Shown here: positions 55,491 through 64,000 of the stretch, piece after piece
Numbering within the stretch: the stretch's first letter is position 1
Layout of the letters: each line of letters starts with the position of its first letter
NCBI GenBank assembly: GCA_963821385.1
Contig: CAWGDK010000008.1
Span: 155,909 to 219,908, forward strand
Source: an uncultured Gemmatimonadales bacterium
GTDB taxonomy: Bacteria; Gemmatimonadota; Gemmatimonadetes; Gemmatimonadales; GWC2-71-9
Direction of reading: 5' to 3'
DNA: 64,000 bases
Made by a program: the position numbers and the translations under genes
The notes under the pieces: model-generated
Told to the model about the DNA's origin: nothing
The model's database searches: none
Seen by the model: the letters and a program-made list of their open reading frames with translations, nothing else

Positions 55491-55871
55491 CTAGGTTCGG
55501 AAGCCGAGTCGGCGGGCGACGACGCGCTGGCGCCGGTCGAGGGTGAGGAATGCGAGCGTCGCCGGTTCCTGGGTGAGGTACAAGGCACACGCCAGGTGCC
55601 ATGCATCCGCGCCCCTGAGGTAGCCGCTGGCGAATACGCGCTCGAGCTCTGGCGTCAACGGCCGCTCGGGGAGCACCCATTTCATCCAGTCGAACAGATC
55701 GCCCACCAGGGCGATGCGCTCGCGCGCGAACGCCGCCCGCAACTCGGCCTCCAGGAGGTTGCTCGAGGCGAATCGGTCGAAGCGTTCCAGCCGTCGAGCG
55801 AGCGCCGCCCCGCCTTCCTCCCCGAAACCCAGGGCGAGGAGGAAGGACGTATCGAGGTAGGCGAGCTTCAG
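55491..55871 (-). CDS. vapC: PIN-domain VapC family toxin (probable CTG start)
   Basis: LKLAYLDTSFLL, SNLLEAEL, LRGADAWHLACAL, FLTLDRRQ conserved acidic PIN motifs. Confidence 0.85.
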   Translation of the reverse strand: MKLAYLDTSFLLALGFGEEGGAALARRLERFDRFASSNLLEAELRAAFARERIALVGDLFDWMKWVLPERPLTPELERVFASGYLRGADAWHLACALYLTQEPATLAFLTLDRRQRVVARRLGFRT

Positions 55872-56140
55872 TCGCGCTCCGCGAGGAATCGCTTGAGGGC
55901 ACCGGGCCTGCGGGCAATCGGCCGCAGCTTCCCGCGGGGCTTACCCGACCCGACGATGACCCCGCGCTCCTCGAGCTCCCGGATCCGCTCATCGAGTGTC
56001 TGTTTGCCCTTCGGGATCGGCCGGATCTCGGCCACGGGCTTGCCGCGGTAGGAGATCGTGACGATGTCGCCCTCGCGCACGCGGCGGACAATCTCCGAGA
56101 GCTTGGCCTTGGCGGCGTAGAGGGAGTAGGTGCGGGGCAT
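55868..56140 (-). CDS. Phd/YefM family antitoxin
   Basis: YSLYAAKAKLSEIVRRVREGDIVTISYRGKPVAEIRP; directly upstream of the PIN toxin. Confidence 0.9.
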   Translation of the reverse strand: MPRTYSLYAAKAKLSEIVRRVREGDIVTISYRGKPVAEIRPIPKGKQTLDERIRELEERGVIVGSGKPRGKLRPIARRPGALKRFLAERD

Positions 56141-56148
56141 GCCCCACC

Positions 56149-56175
56149 CTAGCCAATCTGGTCAAACTGGTCAAG
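56149..56175 (-). promoter_or_regulatory. Probable TA autoregulatory operator (three 9-bp direct repeats)
   Basis: CTAGCCAAT CTGGTCAAA CTGGTCAAG immediately upstream of the antitoxin ATG. Confidence 0.55.
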
Positions 56176-56265
56176 TTGGACGTCGGCCGAGGAGCGCATG
56201 GGGTCCAGATGCGCCTGACGTGCCCCTGTCCGCCGCGGAACGCACTAGGCGTGTAGTTTCTGGTT

Positions 56266-56758
56266 ATGAGGCTAGGCCTGGTGCTGTCAGGGTCGTGGGT
56301 GCTGGTCATGCTCGCCTGCGGTCCTCGGAGTCCGTGCGGCTCGGGCGACGCCCGCCGCGAGCTGGCCCGCTTCTCCCACGAATACGCCGGTCACTGGGCC
56401 GTCGCCCACGGCGACTCGCTCACCCTCCCCGATCCCACGCTGGGCGACCGCTTCCGGATCGCCGCCATCGCGCTCGATACCGACACGGTGTCGATCGGAC
56501 GCCAATGTCTCTTTCGCGGCCGTCTGGTGTTCGCCGAGCCGCGCGCGGAATCGCTGGCGGTGAGCTGGTTCGGCGTGCCGGAGCACGCCACCATCTTCGG
56601 GTGGCCCGCCGAGCTGGGCCCGTTCGCCGGGATCAACTTGTCGTGGTGGCGCGGCGACTCGCTGCACGGTGCGATCCTGTTCGACGAGCGCATGGGCGTC
56701 CAGGTGCGCCCCGGGGTCACCGCGCAGTTCTGGGCGGGCCGCTGCCGCGACCCGCTGA
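56266..56758 (+). CDS. Hypothetical lipoprotein (3' end uncertain; as sequenced it reads in frame into the dinB N-terminus)
   Basis: WVLVMLAC lipobox; TGA at 56756 is one base out of frame; the next gene has its own AAAGGAG RBS. Confidence 0.55.
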
Positions 56759-56787
56759 TTATCTTCCCGGCGAAAGGAGCAACACCC

Positions 56788-57272
56788 GTGCCCCTGACCG
56801 CCGCGGAACGCACCGCCTTGATCGATCGCTACGAGCGGGGACCCGCCCTGCTCCGGGCCGCCTTCGCCAAGATCCCCGCCGAGCCCTGGAGTGGCGACCG
56901 GCGCCCGGCAAATGGTCGGTGCACGAGGTGATTGTGCACTGCGCCGACTCCGAAACCAACTCGCACGGCCGCATCCGCTATCTGCTGGCCGAAGAGAAAC
57001 CCGTGATCCAGGGATACGATCAGGATCGCTGGTCGCAGCAGCTCGACTATCACGCGTTGCCGATCGCGCCCGCCCTGCTGACGGTCGAAGCGGTGCGCGC
57101 CAACACGGTCCCCCTGCTGCGCCATGCCACCGACGCCGACTGGGCCAAGTCGGGCATCCATACGGAATCCGGGCGTTACAGCGCTGAAGACTGGCTCAAG
57201 TCCTACGCCGAGCATCTGGAGATTCACACGCGGCAACTGGAACGAAACCTGGCCGCCTGGAGCAACAAATGA
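56788..57272 (+). CDS. DinB/YfiT family protein (apparent frameshift near 56883)
   Basis: AAAGGAG RBS before GTG; WRPAPGKWSVHEVIVHCADSE, YDQDRW, AEHLEIH. Confidence 0.85.
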
Positions 57273-57664
57273 GAGGCTTCTTCACACGCCTGCTGATCAC
57301 GGCGCTGGGCCTGTGGCTGGCGAAGACGATCATCCCCGGCATCGCCATCCTGGGATGGGGCAACTTGATCGTGGCCGCGTTGTTGCTCGGCATCGTGAAC
57401 GCGTTCGTGCGGCCGATCCTGTTCATTCTCACGCTCCCGCTCACCATCCTCACGCTGGGCCTGTTCCTGCTGATCCTGAACGGCATCTCACTGGCACTGG
57501 TCGCGTGGCTCTTGCCCGGCATGACCGTCAGCGGCCTCGGCGCCGCCACCTTCGGCGCGATCGTCGTCGGCATCACCAGCTGGTTCGCCAACGGCTTCAT
57601 CGGCAGCTCGGGACAGCTCGAGCGCTATCGCCACATCGAGGTTTCGGGGCGCCGGATCGAGTAG
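57269..57664 (+). CDS. YvlD / 4-TM phage holin-like membrane protein
   Basis: ALLLGIVNAFVRPILFILTLPLTILTLGLFLLILNG signature. Confidence 0.9.
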   Translation: MRGFFTRLLITALGLWLAKTIIPGIAILGWGNLIVAALLLGIVNAFVRPILFILTLPLTILTLGLFLLILNGISLALVAWLLPGMTVSGLGAATFGAIVVGITSWFANGFIGSSGQLERYRHIEVSGRRIE

Positions 57665-58785
57665 TGCCGGGACTGCGGCGGCAGGACACGACGCTCGCCC
57701 TGCTGGCATGTCTTTACGCGGCCGTCGTCATCCCGCTGGCGATCCACAAGGGTGGCGACTTCACGAGCGAGCTGGGGCAAAGCGAGCGCCTGCTGCACGG
57801 CCTGCCCCCGTTCGGCGCGGCGGATCCGAACCTCGGCGTGCCCTGGCCGCCGTTCAGCGCCGTCGTGTTGATTCCCTGTGCACTCATCGCCCGCATCTCG
57901 TTACCGCTGGCCAAAGCAATATGGGCGGCGATCAGTGTGGCCTGTGTGTGGTGGTGCATGCGCTGGGCCCTGCAGCGGGCCGGGTCCTGGCGCCCCGCGG
58001 TGATCGCGCTTGCTGCCGTCGCCGTCCCGCTGCAAACCAATTTCGAACACCTGAACATCGCCGCGCCGCTCTTGGCGCTCGTGCTCCTGGCCACGAGCGA
58101 CCTGGAGGCCGGCCGGGACACGCGCGCCGGAGTCGCGATCGGCATTGCCGCGGCGTTGAAGGCGTTCCCCGCCCTGCTGCTGCTGTATTTCGCGGTGCAG
58201 CGACGCTGGCGTGCGCTGGCCGCCGGTGTCGGCGTCGCGGTCGCCCTGACCCTGCTGGCGCTGTTGCCGCTCGGGCTGCCCGGCGCCTTCACCGGCGTTC
58301 AAGACTGGTTGCTGCTCGGGCTCGGGCACCGCTGGGTGGTGCAGCCCGCCGCCGACCAGTCGCTCGAGGCGCTGCTGGCCCGCTTCGGTGCTCCGACCAG
58401 CATCGCGCTCGCCATCGGGGCGGCGCTGGTCCTCGTGACGTTGGTGCTCGTCCAGCGCGGGGAGAGGCCTGATGTGCTGCTGGGCATAGGAGCCTGCGCG
58501 CTGCTGGCGGTCGTGCTCTCGCCCATCGCCTGGGTGCATTCCTTTGTGCTGCTGTTCCCCGCCTGGCTCGGCGTGCTCTTGTCGACATCACTCACGCCCA
58601 CGCGTCGCGTGGTGCTGATCGTGGCGGGGCTCGGAGCCTCGGGCCTCCTGACGGTCGGTCCGCGCGCGTTGCGCTCGGGGCTGCTGCTTCACGGGGCCTA
58701 CACCTGGAGCGCCATGCTGCTATGGATCGTCGTCCTGATGTGCCTCCGCCCGCGACTGGCCGCCACAGTGCCGGTGAGCGCATGA
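57664..58785 (+). CDS. Glycosyltransferase family 87 (DUF2029) membrane protein
   Basis: PWPPFSAVV, AGVAIGIAAALKAFP, DQSL, SPIAWVHS. Confidence 0.8.
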   Translation: MPGLRRQDTTLALLACLYAAVVIPLAIHKGGDFTSELGQSERLLHGLPPFGAADPNLGVPWPPFSAVVLIPCALIARISLPLAKAIWAAISVACVWWCMRWALQRAGSWRPAVIALAAVAVPLQTNFEHLNIAAPLLALVLLATSDLEAGRDTRAGVAIGIAAALKAFPALLLLYFAVQRRWRALAAGVGVAVALTLLALLPLGLPGAFTGVQDWLLLGLGHRWVVQPAADQSLEALLARFGAPTSIALAIGAALVLVTLVLVQRGERPDVLLGIGACALLAVVLSPIAWVHSFVLLFPAWLGVLLSTSLTPTRRVVLIVAGLGASGLLTVGPRALRSGLLLHGAYTWSAMLLWIVVLMCLRPRLAATVPVSA

Positions 58786-59156
58786 CTTCGCCCCGTTCGT
58801 TCGCGGCCTGGGGGGCCGTGTCCGCGCTGATCGCCGTCCTGGCCGGCGCGTTCGGGGCGCATGCCCTGCGGCAACGTCTCCCGAGCGAGCTGTTGGCCGC
58901 ATTCGAGACGGGCGCCCGCTATCAGATGTATCACGCCCTGGCCCTGGTCGCGGTCGCCTGGGCCATGACCCAGTGGCCTACCAAACTGGTGCATCTCTCG
59001 GGCTGGCTGTTCATCGCCGGTACCGTGTTGTTCTCGGGAAGCCTGTATGTGCTCGCCCTGACGGGCGTGACGTGGTGGGGTGCCGTCACCCCCGTGGGCG
59101 GCGTGCTGTTGCTCGCGGGCTGGGCCTCCCTGGCGCTGGGTGTGTGGCGCCGCTGA
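58782..59156 (+). CDS. DUF423 (YgdD/TMEM256) membrane protein
   Basis: GAFGAHAL, FETGARYQMYHAL, LFSGSLY, GAVTPVGG. Confidence 0.92.
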   Translation: MTSPRSFAAWGAVSALIAVLAGAFGAHALRQRLPSELLAAFETGARYQMYHALALVAVAWAMTQWPTKLVHLSGWLFIAGTVLFSGSLYVLALTGVTWWGAVTPVGGVLLLAGWASLALGVWRR

Positions 59157-59199
59157 CTGATATTATTCCTTCCTCACCTCATCCGGATTTCGAACCATC

Positions 59200-60546
59200 A
59201 TGATTCTCACCGCTCCCATGCTCGCGGCGCTCCTGGTGCAAGGACCGCTGTCGTCCACACCCACCCGACCGCTGGGCACGCTGCGCGAGCAGGCGGCGGT
59301 GCAGCAGGAGTGGCTGCGCTACCGGCTCGACTCCGTGCTGCCGCGCCTGATGCGGCAGTATCACGTCCAGATGTGGGTAGTGCCGATGCGGGAGTACAAC
59401 GAGGACCCGGTGTTCTGGTCGCTCGTGTCGGCCACCACGTTCGCCGCGCGGCGGCGCACCATCTACGTCTTCTTTGACCGGGGACCCGACCGCGGCATCG
59501 AGCGCCTGGCGCTGGGCGGCAGCTCGCAGGGCGGGCTGTACCAGACCTCGTTCGCGAACGACACGATCGATCCCACCATCGGCCGCCGCCCCGAGCTGGT
59601 GGGCCAGGGACAATGGGATCTGCTGCGCCGCGTGATCGAGCAGCGCGACCCGCTATCGATCGCGGTGGACATCTCCCATACGCACGCGTTTTCGGACGGG
59701 CTGTCGGCGGGCGAATGGGAGCAGCTCCAGACGGCGCTGCCGCCGGCGTACCTCGGCCGCCTGGTGCGCGCCGAGAACCTGGCGCTCGACTATCAGTCGA
59801 TCCGCGCCCCGGCCATGCTGCCCGTGTACAAGCGGATGCAGGAGGTGGTGTGGGCGGTCATCGACACCGCCTTCTCGAGCCGGGTGATCAAACCCGGTCG
59901 CACCACGACCGACGACGTGGAGTGGTGGATGCGCCAGCGCGTCAACGACCTCGGCTTCGGCACCTGGTTCCACACCGACGTCGACGTGCAGCGGCGCGGA
60001 ATCGATCTCTCGGATTCGGGGTCGGTCGTGATTCAACGCGGCGACGTGCTCCATTGCGACTTCGGGCTCACCGCCCTCGGCCTCAACACCGACACGCAGC
60101 ACATGGGCTACGTGCTGCGCTCCGGCGAGCGTGACGTGCCCGACGGCCTCAAGGTGGCGCTCGCCAACTCGAACCGGCTGCAGGATCTGCTGCTGGCGGA
60201 AATGAAACCGGGTCGCAGCGGCAACGAGGTGCTCGCGGCCGCGCGCGCGGCGATGCAGGCGGCGGGGATCAACGGCACGATCTACACGCACCCGATCGGC
60301 GACCGCGGCCATGGCGCGGGCCCATTGATCGGGTTGTGGGATCACCAGGAGGGCGTCCCGGGCCGCGGCGACGTCCCACTGTTGCCGTCGACCTGGTTCT
60401 CGATCGAGCTGCAGGCGACGACCCCGCTGCCGGAATGGACCAACCAGCCGCTGCGTTCAGCACAGGAAGAGGACGCCGAGCTGGATGCCGACGGGGCGAT
60501 GCACTGGGTGCTGCGCCGCCAGACGACCTGGCACCTGGTGCGGTGA
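59200..60546 (+). CDS. M24 family Xaa-Pro aminopeptidase (secreted)
   Basis: GDVLHCDFG, NTDTQH, THPIGDRGHGAGP, SIE, EED metal ligands. Confidence 0.88.
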   Translation: MILTAPMLAALLVQGPLSSTPTRPLGTLREQAAVQQEWLRYRLDSVLPRLMRQYHVQMWVVPMREYNEDPVFWSLVSATTFAARRRTIYVFFDRGPDRGIERLALGGSSQGGLYQTSFANDTIDPTIGRRPELVGQGQWDLLRRVIEQRDPLSIAVDISHTHAFSDGLSAGEWEQLQTALPPAYLGRLVRAENLALDYQSIRAPAMLPVYKRMQEVVWAVIDTAFSSRVIKPGRTTTDDVEWWMRQRVNDLGFGTWFHTDVDVQRRGIDLSDSGSVVIQRGDVLHCDFGLTALGLNTDTQHMGYVLRSGERDVPDGLKVALANSNRLQDLLLAEMKPGRSGNEVLAAARAAMQAAGINGTIYTHPIGDRGHGAGPLIGLWDHQEGVPGRGDVPLLPSTWFSIELQATTPLPEWTNQPLRSAQEEDAELDADGAMHWVLRRQTTWHLVR

Positions 60547-60590
60547 AGGAAATCGCACGGAGTAGGAGCGGAGCCATCGCCCGGACCCGT

Positions 60591-60635
60591 CGGCTAAAGC
60601 CGCGGCTCGGCGAAACGACGCGTCCTGAAGGACGC
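60591..60635 (+). repeat. Solo diverged REP-like palindrome related to the transposase-flanking units
   Basis: CGGCTAAAGCCGCGGCTCGGC matches CGGCTGAAGCCGCGTCTCGGC (minus strand, 63412-63432) at 19/21 and is followed by the hairpin GCGTCC-TGAA-GGACGC. Confidence 0.55.
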
Positions 60636-60637
60636 AA

Positions 60638-61726
60638 GTGAAACGCACGACCATGATCGAGACGCCCGCGCTCCTGCTGCATCTCGACGTGGTGGAGCGC
60701 AATCTCGAGCGCATGGCGGCTAGGGCTCGTCGGCTGGGCGTGGTGCTGCGACCCCACGCCAAGACGCATAAGTGCCCCGAGCTGGGCCGGCGCCAGCTCG
60801 CACACGGCGCGGTCGGGCTCACCGTGGCGACGCTGGCCGAAGCCGAGGCGTTCGCCGCCGCCGGGTTCTCCGACCTGACGTGGGCGTTCCCGATCGATCC
60901 CACCCACATCCCGCACGCTCGTCGCGTCGCCCGGCGCACGACGCTGCGCGTCGTCACAGACGACCTCGCCACGGCGCGGGCGCTCGCAGGATCGGGCTTG
61001 CATGTCTGGCTGAAAGTGGACTGCGGCTATCATCGCGCCGGCGTCGATCCGTCCTCACCCTATGCCGTCGAGGTCGCGCGCGAGCTGGCACGTGAGGACG
61101 GACTCGTGTTCGACGGCCTGCTGTCCCACTCGGGGCACGCGTACAAGACCCACAACCAGACCGAGGCCGCGCAGATCGCCGAACAGGAACGATTGTCCCT
61201 GGTGCGCTTCGCGCAACGGTTGCGCGCGGTGGGCATCGTCGCGCGCGGCGTGAGCGTCGGCTCGACACCGGCGATGATGGCGGCGAACGACCTGACCGGC
61301 GTCACCGAGGCGCGTCCCGGCAATTACGTGTTCTTCGACCGGACCATGGTGTTGATCGGGGTGTGCGCGCCGCAGGACGTGGGCGTCAGCGTGCTCGCCA
61401 CCGTCGTGTCGCATCAGGAAGGCCGCGGGCACCTCGTGGTCGACGCCGGCGCGCTGGCCCTGTCCAAAGACACGGGACCGGCGCATATCCATGTCCCGGC
61501 GTCCTTCGGCGCGGTGCGCGGGCATCCGTCGCTCGGCATCGCGTCGCTGTCGCAGGAGCACGGGGTGGTGCGCGGGCCCGCTGACGTCCTGAGCACATTC
61601 AAGGTCGGCGACCGGATGGAGATCGTCCCCAATCATTCCTGTCTCACGGTCGCCCACTACGACCACTATCACGTGATGCGCGACGGCCGGGAGCTGGACC
61701 GGTGGCGTATCGAACGCGGGAGGTGA
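60638..61726 (+). CDS. Alanine racemase-fold PLP enzyme (D-threonine aldolase / D-serine dehydratase DSD1 family)
   Basis: IETPALLL, LRPHAKTHK, KVDCGYHRAGV, VSVGSTP, EARPGNYVFFD, LSQEHG, PNHSCLT. Confidence 0.9.
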   Translation: MKRTTMIETPALLLHLDVVERNLERMAARARRLGVVLRPHAKTHKCPELGRRQLAHGAVGLTVATLAEAEAFAAAGFSDLTWAFPIDPTHIPHARRVARRTTLRVVTDDLATARALAGSGLHVWLKVDCGYHRAGVDPSSPYAVEVARELAREDGLVFDGLLSHSGHAYKTHNQTEAAQIAEQERLSLVRFAQRLRAVGIVARGVSVGSTPAMMAANDLTGVTEARPGNYVFFDRTMVLIGVCAPQDVGVSVLATVVSHQEGRGHLVVDAGALALSKDTGPAHIHVPASFGAVRGHPSLGIASLSQEHGVVRGPADVLSTFKVGDRMEIVPNHSCLTVAHYDHYHVMRDGRELDRWRIERGR

Positions 61727-61729
61727 CGA

Positions 61730-62026
61730 ATGACCCGCCTGGTGGCGAGACATGTGACGCTGAGCCTGCTGCCGGTGGTGATCGGCGTCGCAGCGGGCGC
61801 CGTTTTCGCGTCGCGGCAGCAAACCTGTGGCTCGCTCGTCGGCCCACTGTTTGCAGCCAAGTGTGGGCGGATGCTGGTGCAGTATCAGCTGTGGATCCAG
61901 ACCGGGGTCACGGTGGCCCTGGCGGTGCTGGCGACGATGGTGGGGATTTGGATGGAGCGGCGAAAGAATAGAAGAGTCGTGGAGAAGAAGTTGGATAGTG
62001 AAGTGGGGGGCAGCCCTACCGCCTAG
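61730..62026 (+). CDS. Small hypothetical membrane protein
   Basis: GGAGG RBS; two TM segments flanking a C-x10-C loop. Confidence 0.55.
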   Translation: MTRLVARHVTLSLLPVVIGVAAGAVFASRQQTCGSLVGPLFAAKCGRMLVQYQLWIQTGVTVALAVLATMVGIWMERRKNRRVVEKKLDSEVGGSPTA

Positions 62027-62058
62027 CCCCTCCGACCTTTCACCTATATTGACGCCCC

Positions 62059-62421
62059 ATGGATTTAGCGCAGCACGTTGCCGCGAATCTCGAGATCTCC
62101 GCTTCCGTTGCCGAGCGGGGCGTTGGGGCCATCCTCAATGCCGTGCGGATGGTCGTGCCGCGCGACACGTTCGAGCGCGTCAAGGGAGTCGTGCCCGACG
62201 CCGAGAGCTACATGGGGCGGGCACTGATGAGCGCGGCGCGCACCGGGGAGATGCCGGGCCCCACCGGGCCCTCGGGGTTGATGCGCGCGCTGATGACGGC
62301 CGGGATCAAGCACGAGGACATGCCGCGCCTGGGACGGATCGTGCTCGAATACCTGCGACCGGTGATGGGCGAGCAGTCAGTGGAGCATTTTCTCGCGGTG
62401 GCCCCGGCGTTGCGAGACTAG
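62059..62421 (+). CDS. Hypothetical helical protein (DUF2780-like)
   Basis: 120-aa ORF; AERGVGAIL..V....F..V...VPDA pattern. Confidence 0.55.
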   Translation: MDLAQHVAANLEISASVAERGVGAILNAVRMVVPRDTFERVKGVVPDAESYMGRALMSAARTGEMPGPTGPSGLMRALMTAGIKHEDMPRLGRIVLEYLRPVMGEQSVEHFLAVAPALRD

Positions 62422-62451
62422 AATCCAGGGATTGAGAAGAGTGAAGGAGTT

Positions 62452-62794
62452 GTCACCATCGGTGACAGTTCAGCCGAGACGCGGCTCTCAGCCGCGGACA
62501 ACAACGTGACGGTGGTCGTTTTTCGCGGCTAATAGCGCTAAAGCACTTCCTTCGGTCGCCGCACTCGGCTATCTGTCGCTTAGAGCGACGGCGCCGGTCA
62601 CCATCGGTGACCGTTCAGCCGAGACGCGGCTCTCAGGTGCGGACAACAACGTGACGGTGGTCGTTTTTCGCGGCTAATAGCGCTAAAGCACTTCCTTCGG
62701 TCGCCGCACTCGGCTATCTGTCGCTTAGAGCGACGGCGCCGGTCACCATCGGTGACAGTTCAGCCGAGACGCGGCTCTCAGCCGCGGACAACAA
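62452..62794. repeat. 145-bp tandem repeat (2.4 copies) of multi-hairpin REP/BIME-like units
   Basis: Units start at 62452, 62597 and 62742; only 3 mismatches (all in unit 2); hairpins GTCACC-ATC-GGTGAC, CGCGGCT-CTC-AGCCGCG and GTCGCT-TAG-AGCGAC. Confidence 0.95.
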
Positions 62795-63221
62795 TCGTCG
62801 TCGCGCTCTCCTCCCCGGTTTCCATCCCCCACTGCCATCCCGCTATCGCCTCCTTAGGATGGTGCCTCGCCTGGTCGCACACATATGCCCGCGCGGCACC
62901 AAGCGCCTTCGGACTCACCGATTCGACGTTGTAACCCTTGGCCCAGCGCAGCGGTCGGGTTGTTGCGTGCCCCTCTCGGTTCGCAAGGGTCGCACTACCT
63001 CCCTTCAGCCGCTGCAATAGTCTCGAGATGCTCGTGGTGGGATGGAGCTGCAGCAACAGGTGAACGTGAGTCTGGACGATCCCCAACGCGTGGAGACCGG
63101 ATCGCTCTTGTTGCGCAACGGCAGGGAGATACCGGGCCAGAAACGTGGCGACGCGGGCGTCGATCGTCGGTAGCCGCCCGCGGGTGGTCCAGACGATGTG
63201 GACGTAGAGACGATCGCGCAT
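62778..63221 (-). mobile_element. tnpA: IS200/IS605-type Y1 HUH transposase TnpA, probably REP-associated (RAYT-like); no tnpB
   Basis: LYVHIVWTTRGR, THVHLL (HUH), LKGGS, WAKGY..SVS, AYVCDQARHH (catalytic Tyr helix). Confidence 0.9.
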
Positions 63222-63311
63222 CGACGGGAACCTGGAGCGCGGCGGCCAAACGACATAGCCAAAACATGGCGCAAAGGGCCTGAATATTTCGCGTCTGATT
63301 CACGCGTCGCC

Positions 63312-63434
63312 TTTCGCGGCTGATAGCGCTAAAGCACTTCCTGCGGTCGCCGCACTCGGCTGGACTGTCACTGAGAGTGACGGAGCACCGCGTCGCTTTA
63401 TGCGACAGATAGCCGAGACGCGGCTTCAGCCGCG
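63312..63434. repeat. Upstream copy of the REP/BIME-like unit with an inverted core
   Basis: Arms match the downstream units in direct orientation; the core 63362-63410 matches their core only as reverse complement. Confidence 0.9.
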
Positions 63435-63566
63435 ACCAACGGAGCGCGACAAGCGGGTTTTTGTGACGTGATCTATCCCGTGAGCCCTTTCCCCCTAGAT
63501 TCCCCCTCCCATGGCACACCCCTTGCCCGAACCACTCGATACATGCCCCACAGCCCTGAATCGTCG

Positions 63567-64000
63567 ATGACGGTCGCCATCGAACCCGCCCGCCCGGCGG
63601 ACCTGCCGTCGATCGTGTCGCTGCTCGAACGCGGCCATCTGCCGCTTGCCGGCATCGAGGCGCACGTCGAGGCCGCGCTCGTGGCGCGGGAGGGGGCGCG
63701 CATCGTGGGGTGCGCGGCCGTCGAGCTGTACGACGACGCGGGGCTGCTGCGCTCGGTGGCGGTCGATCCTTCCTCCAGAGGTCAGGGACTGGGGATCAGG
63801 CTGACGGAAGCCGCGTTGGCGCTGGCGCGCCAGCGGGGCGCCCAGACGATGTACCTGCTCACCGAAACCGCCCTGGAGTTTTTTCCCCGGTTCGGATTCC
63901 GCGCCATTGCGCGCGACCAGGTGGCCACGGCGGTGCGGCAGTCGGCCGAATTCACGGGTGCCTGCCCCGACACGGCCCAAGCCATGATGGCGGAGTTGTA
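63567..64000 (+). CDS. arsN2: GNAT N-acetyltransferase, ArsN2-like (stop codon cut by window edge)
   Basis: Not in the ORF track; translates MTVAIEPARPADL...GLLRSVAVDPSSRGQGLG...YLLTETA..FF.RFGF...SAEFTGACPDTAQAM. Confidence 0.8.
   Translation, partial: MTVAIEPARPADLPSIVSLLERGHLPLAGIEAHVEAALVAREGARIVGCAAVELYDDAGLLRSVAVDPSSRGQGLGIRLTEAALALARQRGAQTMYLLTETALEFFPRFGFRAIARDQVATAVRQSAEFTGACPDTAQAMMAEL

Noticed and set aside
57269..57664. Prophage inferred from the holin-family gene
   Set aside because: YvlD-type proteins are common chromosomal membrane proteins, and no phage structural, lysin or integrase genes are nearby.
62452..62794. CRISPR array
   Set aside because: The period is 145 bp, the would-be spacers are identical between units, and no cas genes are nearby.
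63567..64000. Arsenic-resistance operon
   Set aside because: Only an ArsN2-like GNAT is visible at the window edge; no arsR, arsC or acr3 lies within the window.

Overview
High-GC bacterial chromosomal window, densely coding. The gene style suggests Gemmatimonadota, but that is inference only. From left to right: (1) a long, translationally coupled minus-strand run (about 0.4-17 kb) of periplasmic beta-propeller proteins, a methyltransferase, GNAT, dimethylargininase, a D-cysteine desulfhydrase-like enzyme, two DinB proteins, a ChbG deacetylase and an AcrB-TolC-MFP RND pump with a structured ~230-nt leader; (2) csaA, msrA, an MBL-rhodanese protein and ispG; (3) a minus-strand cluster of sensor kinase, outer-membrane barrel, lipoprotein and a ~2250-aa Ig/beta-helix/beta-propeller surface protein; (4) a TolC-MFP-ATPase operon followed by eight tandem MacB/FtsX permeases in strict A/B alternation, then bshB1, a cysteine desulfurase and mnmA; (5) a Phd-VapC toxin-antitoxin pair and assorted enzymes; (6) near the right end, a lone IS200-like HUH (Y1) transposase embedded in 145-bp tandem palindromic REP/BIME-like units, whose central two-hairpin segment is inverted in the copy on the other side of the gene. 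Heptamer mini-arrays sit next to several stop codons. About 15 single-base frameshifts, including two in ispG, most likely reflect long-read indel errors rather than pseudogenes. No rRNA, tRNA or CRISPR array was seen.
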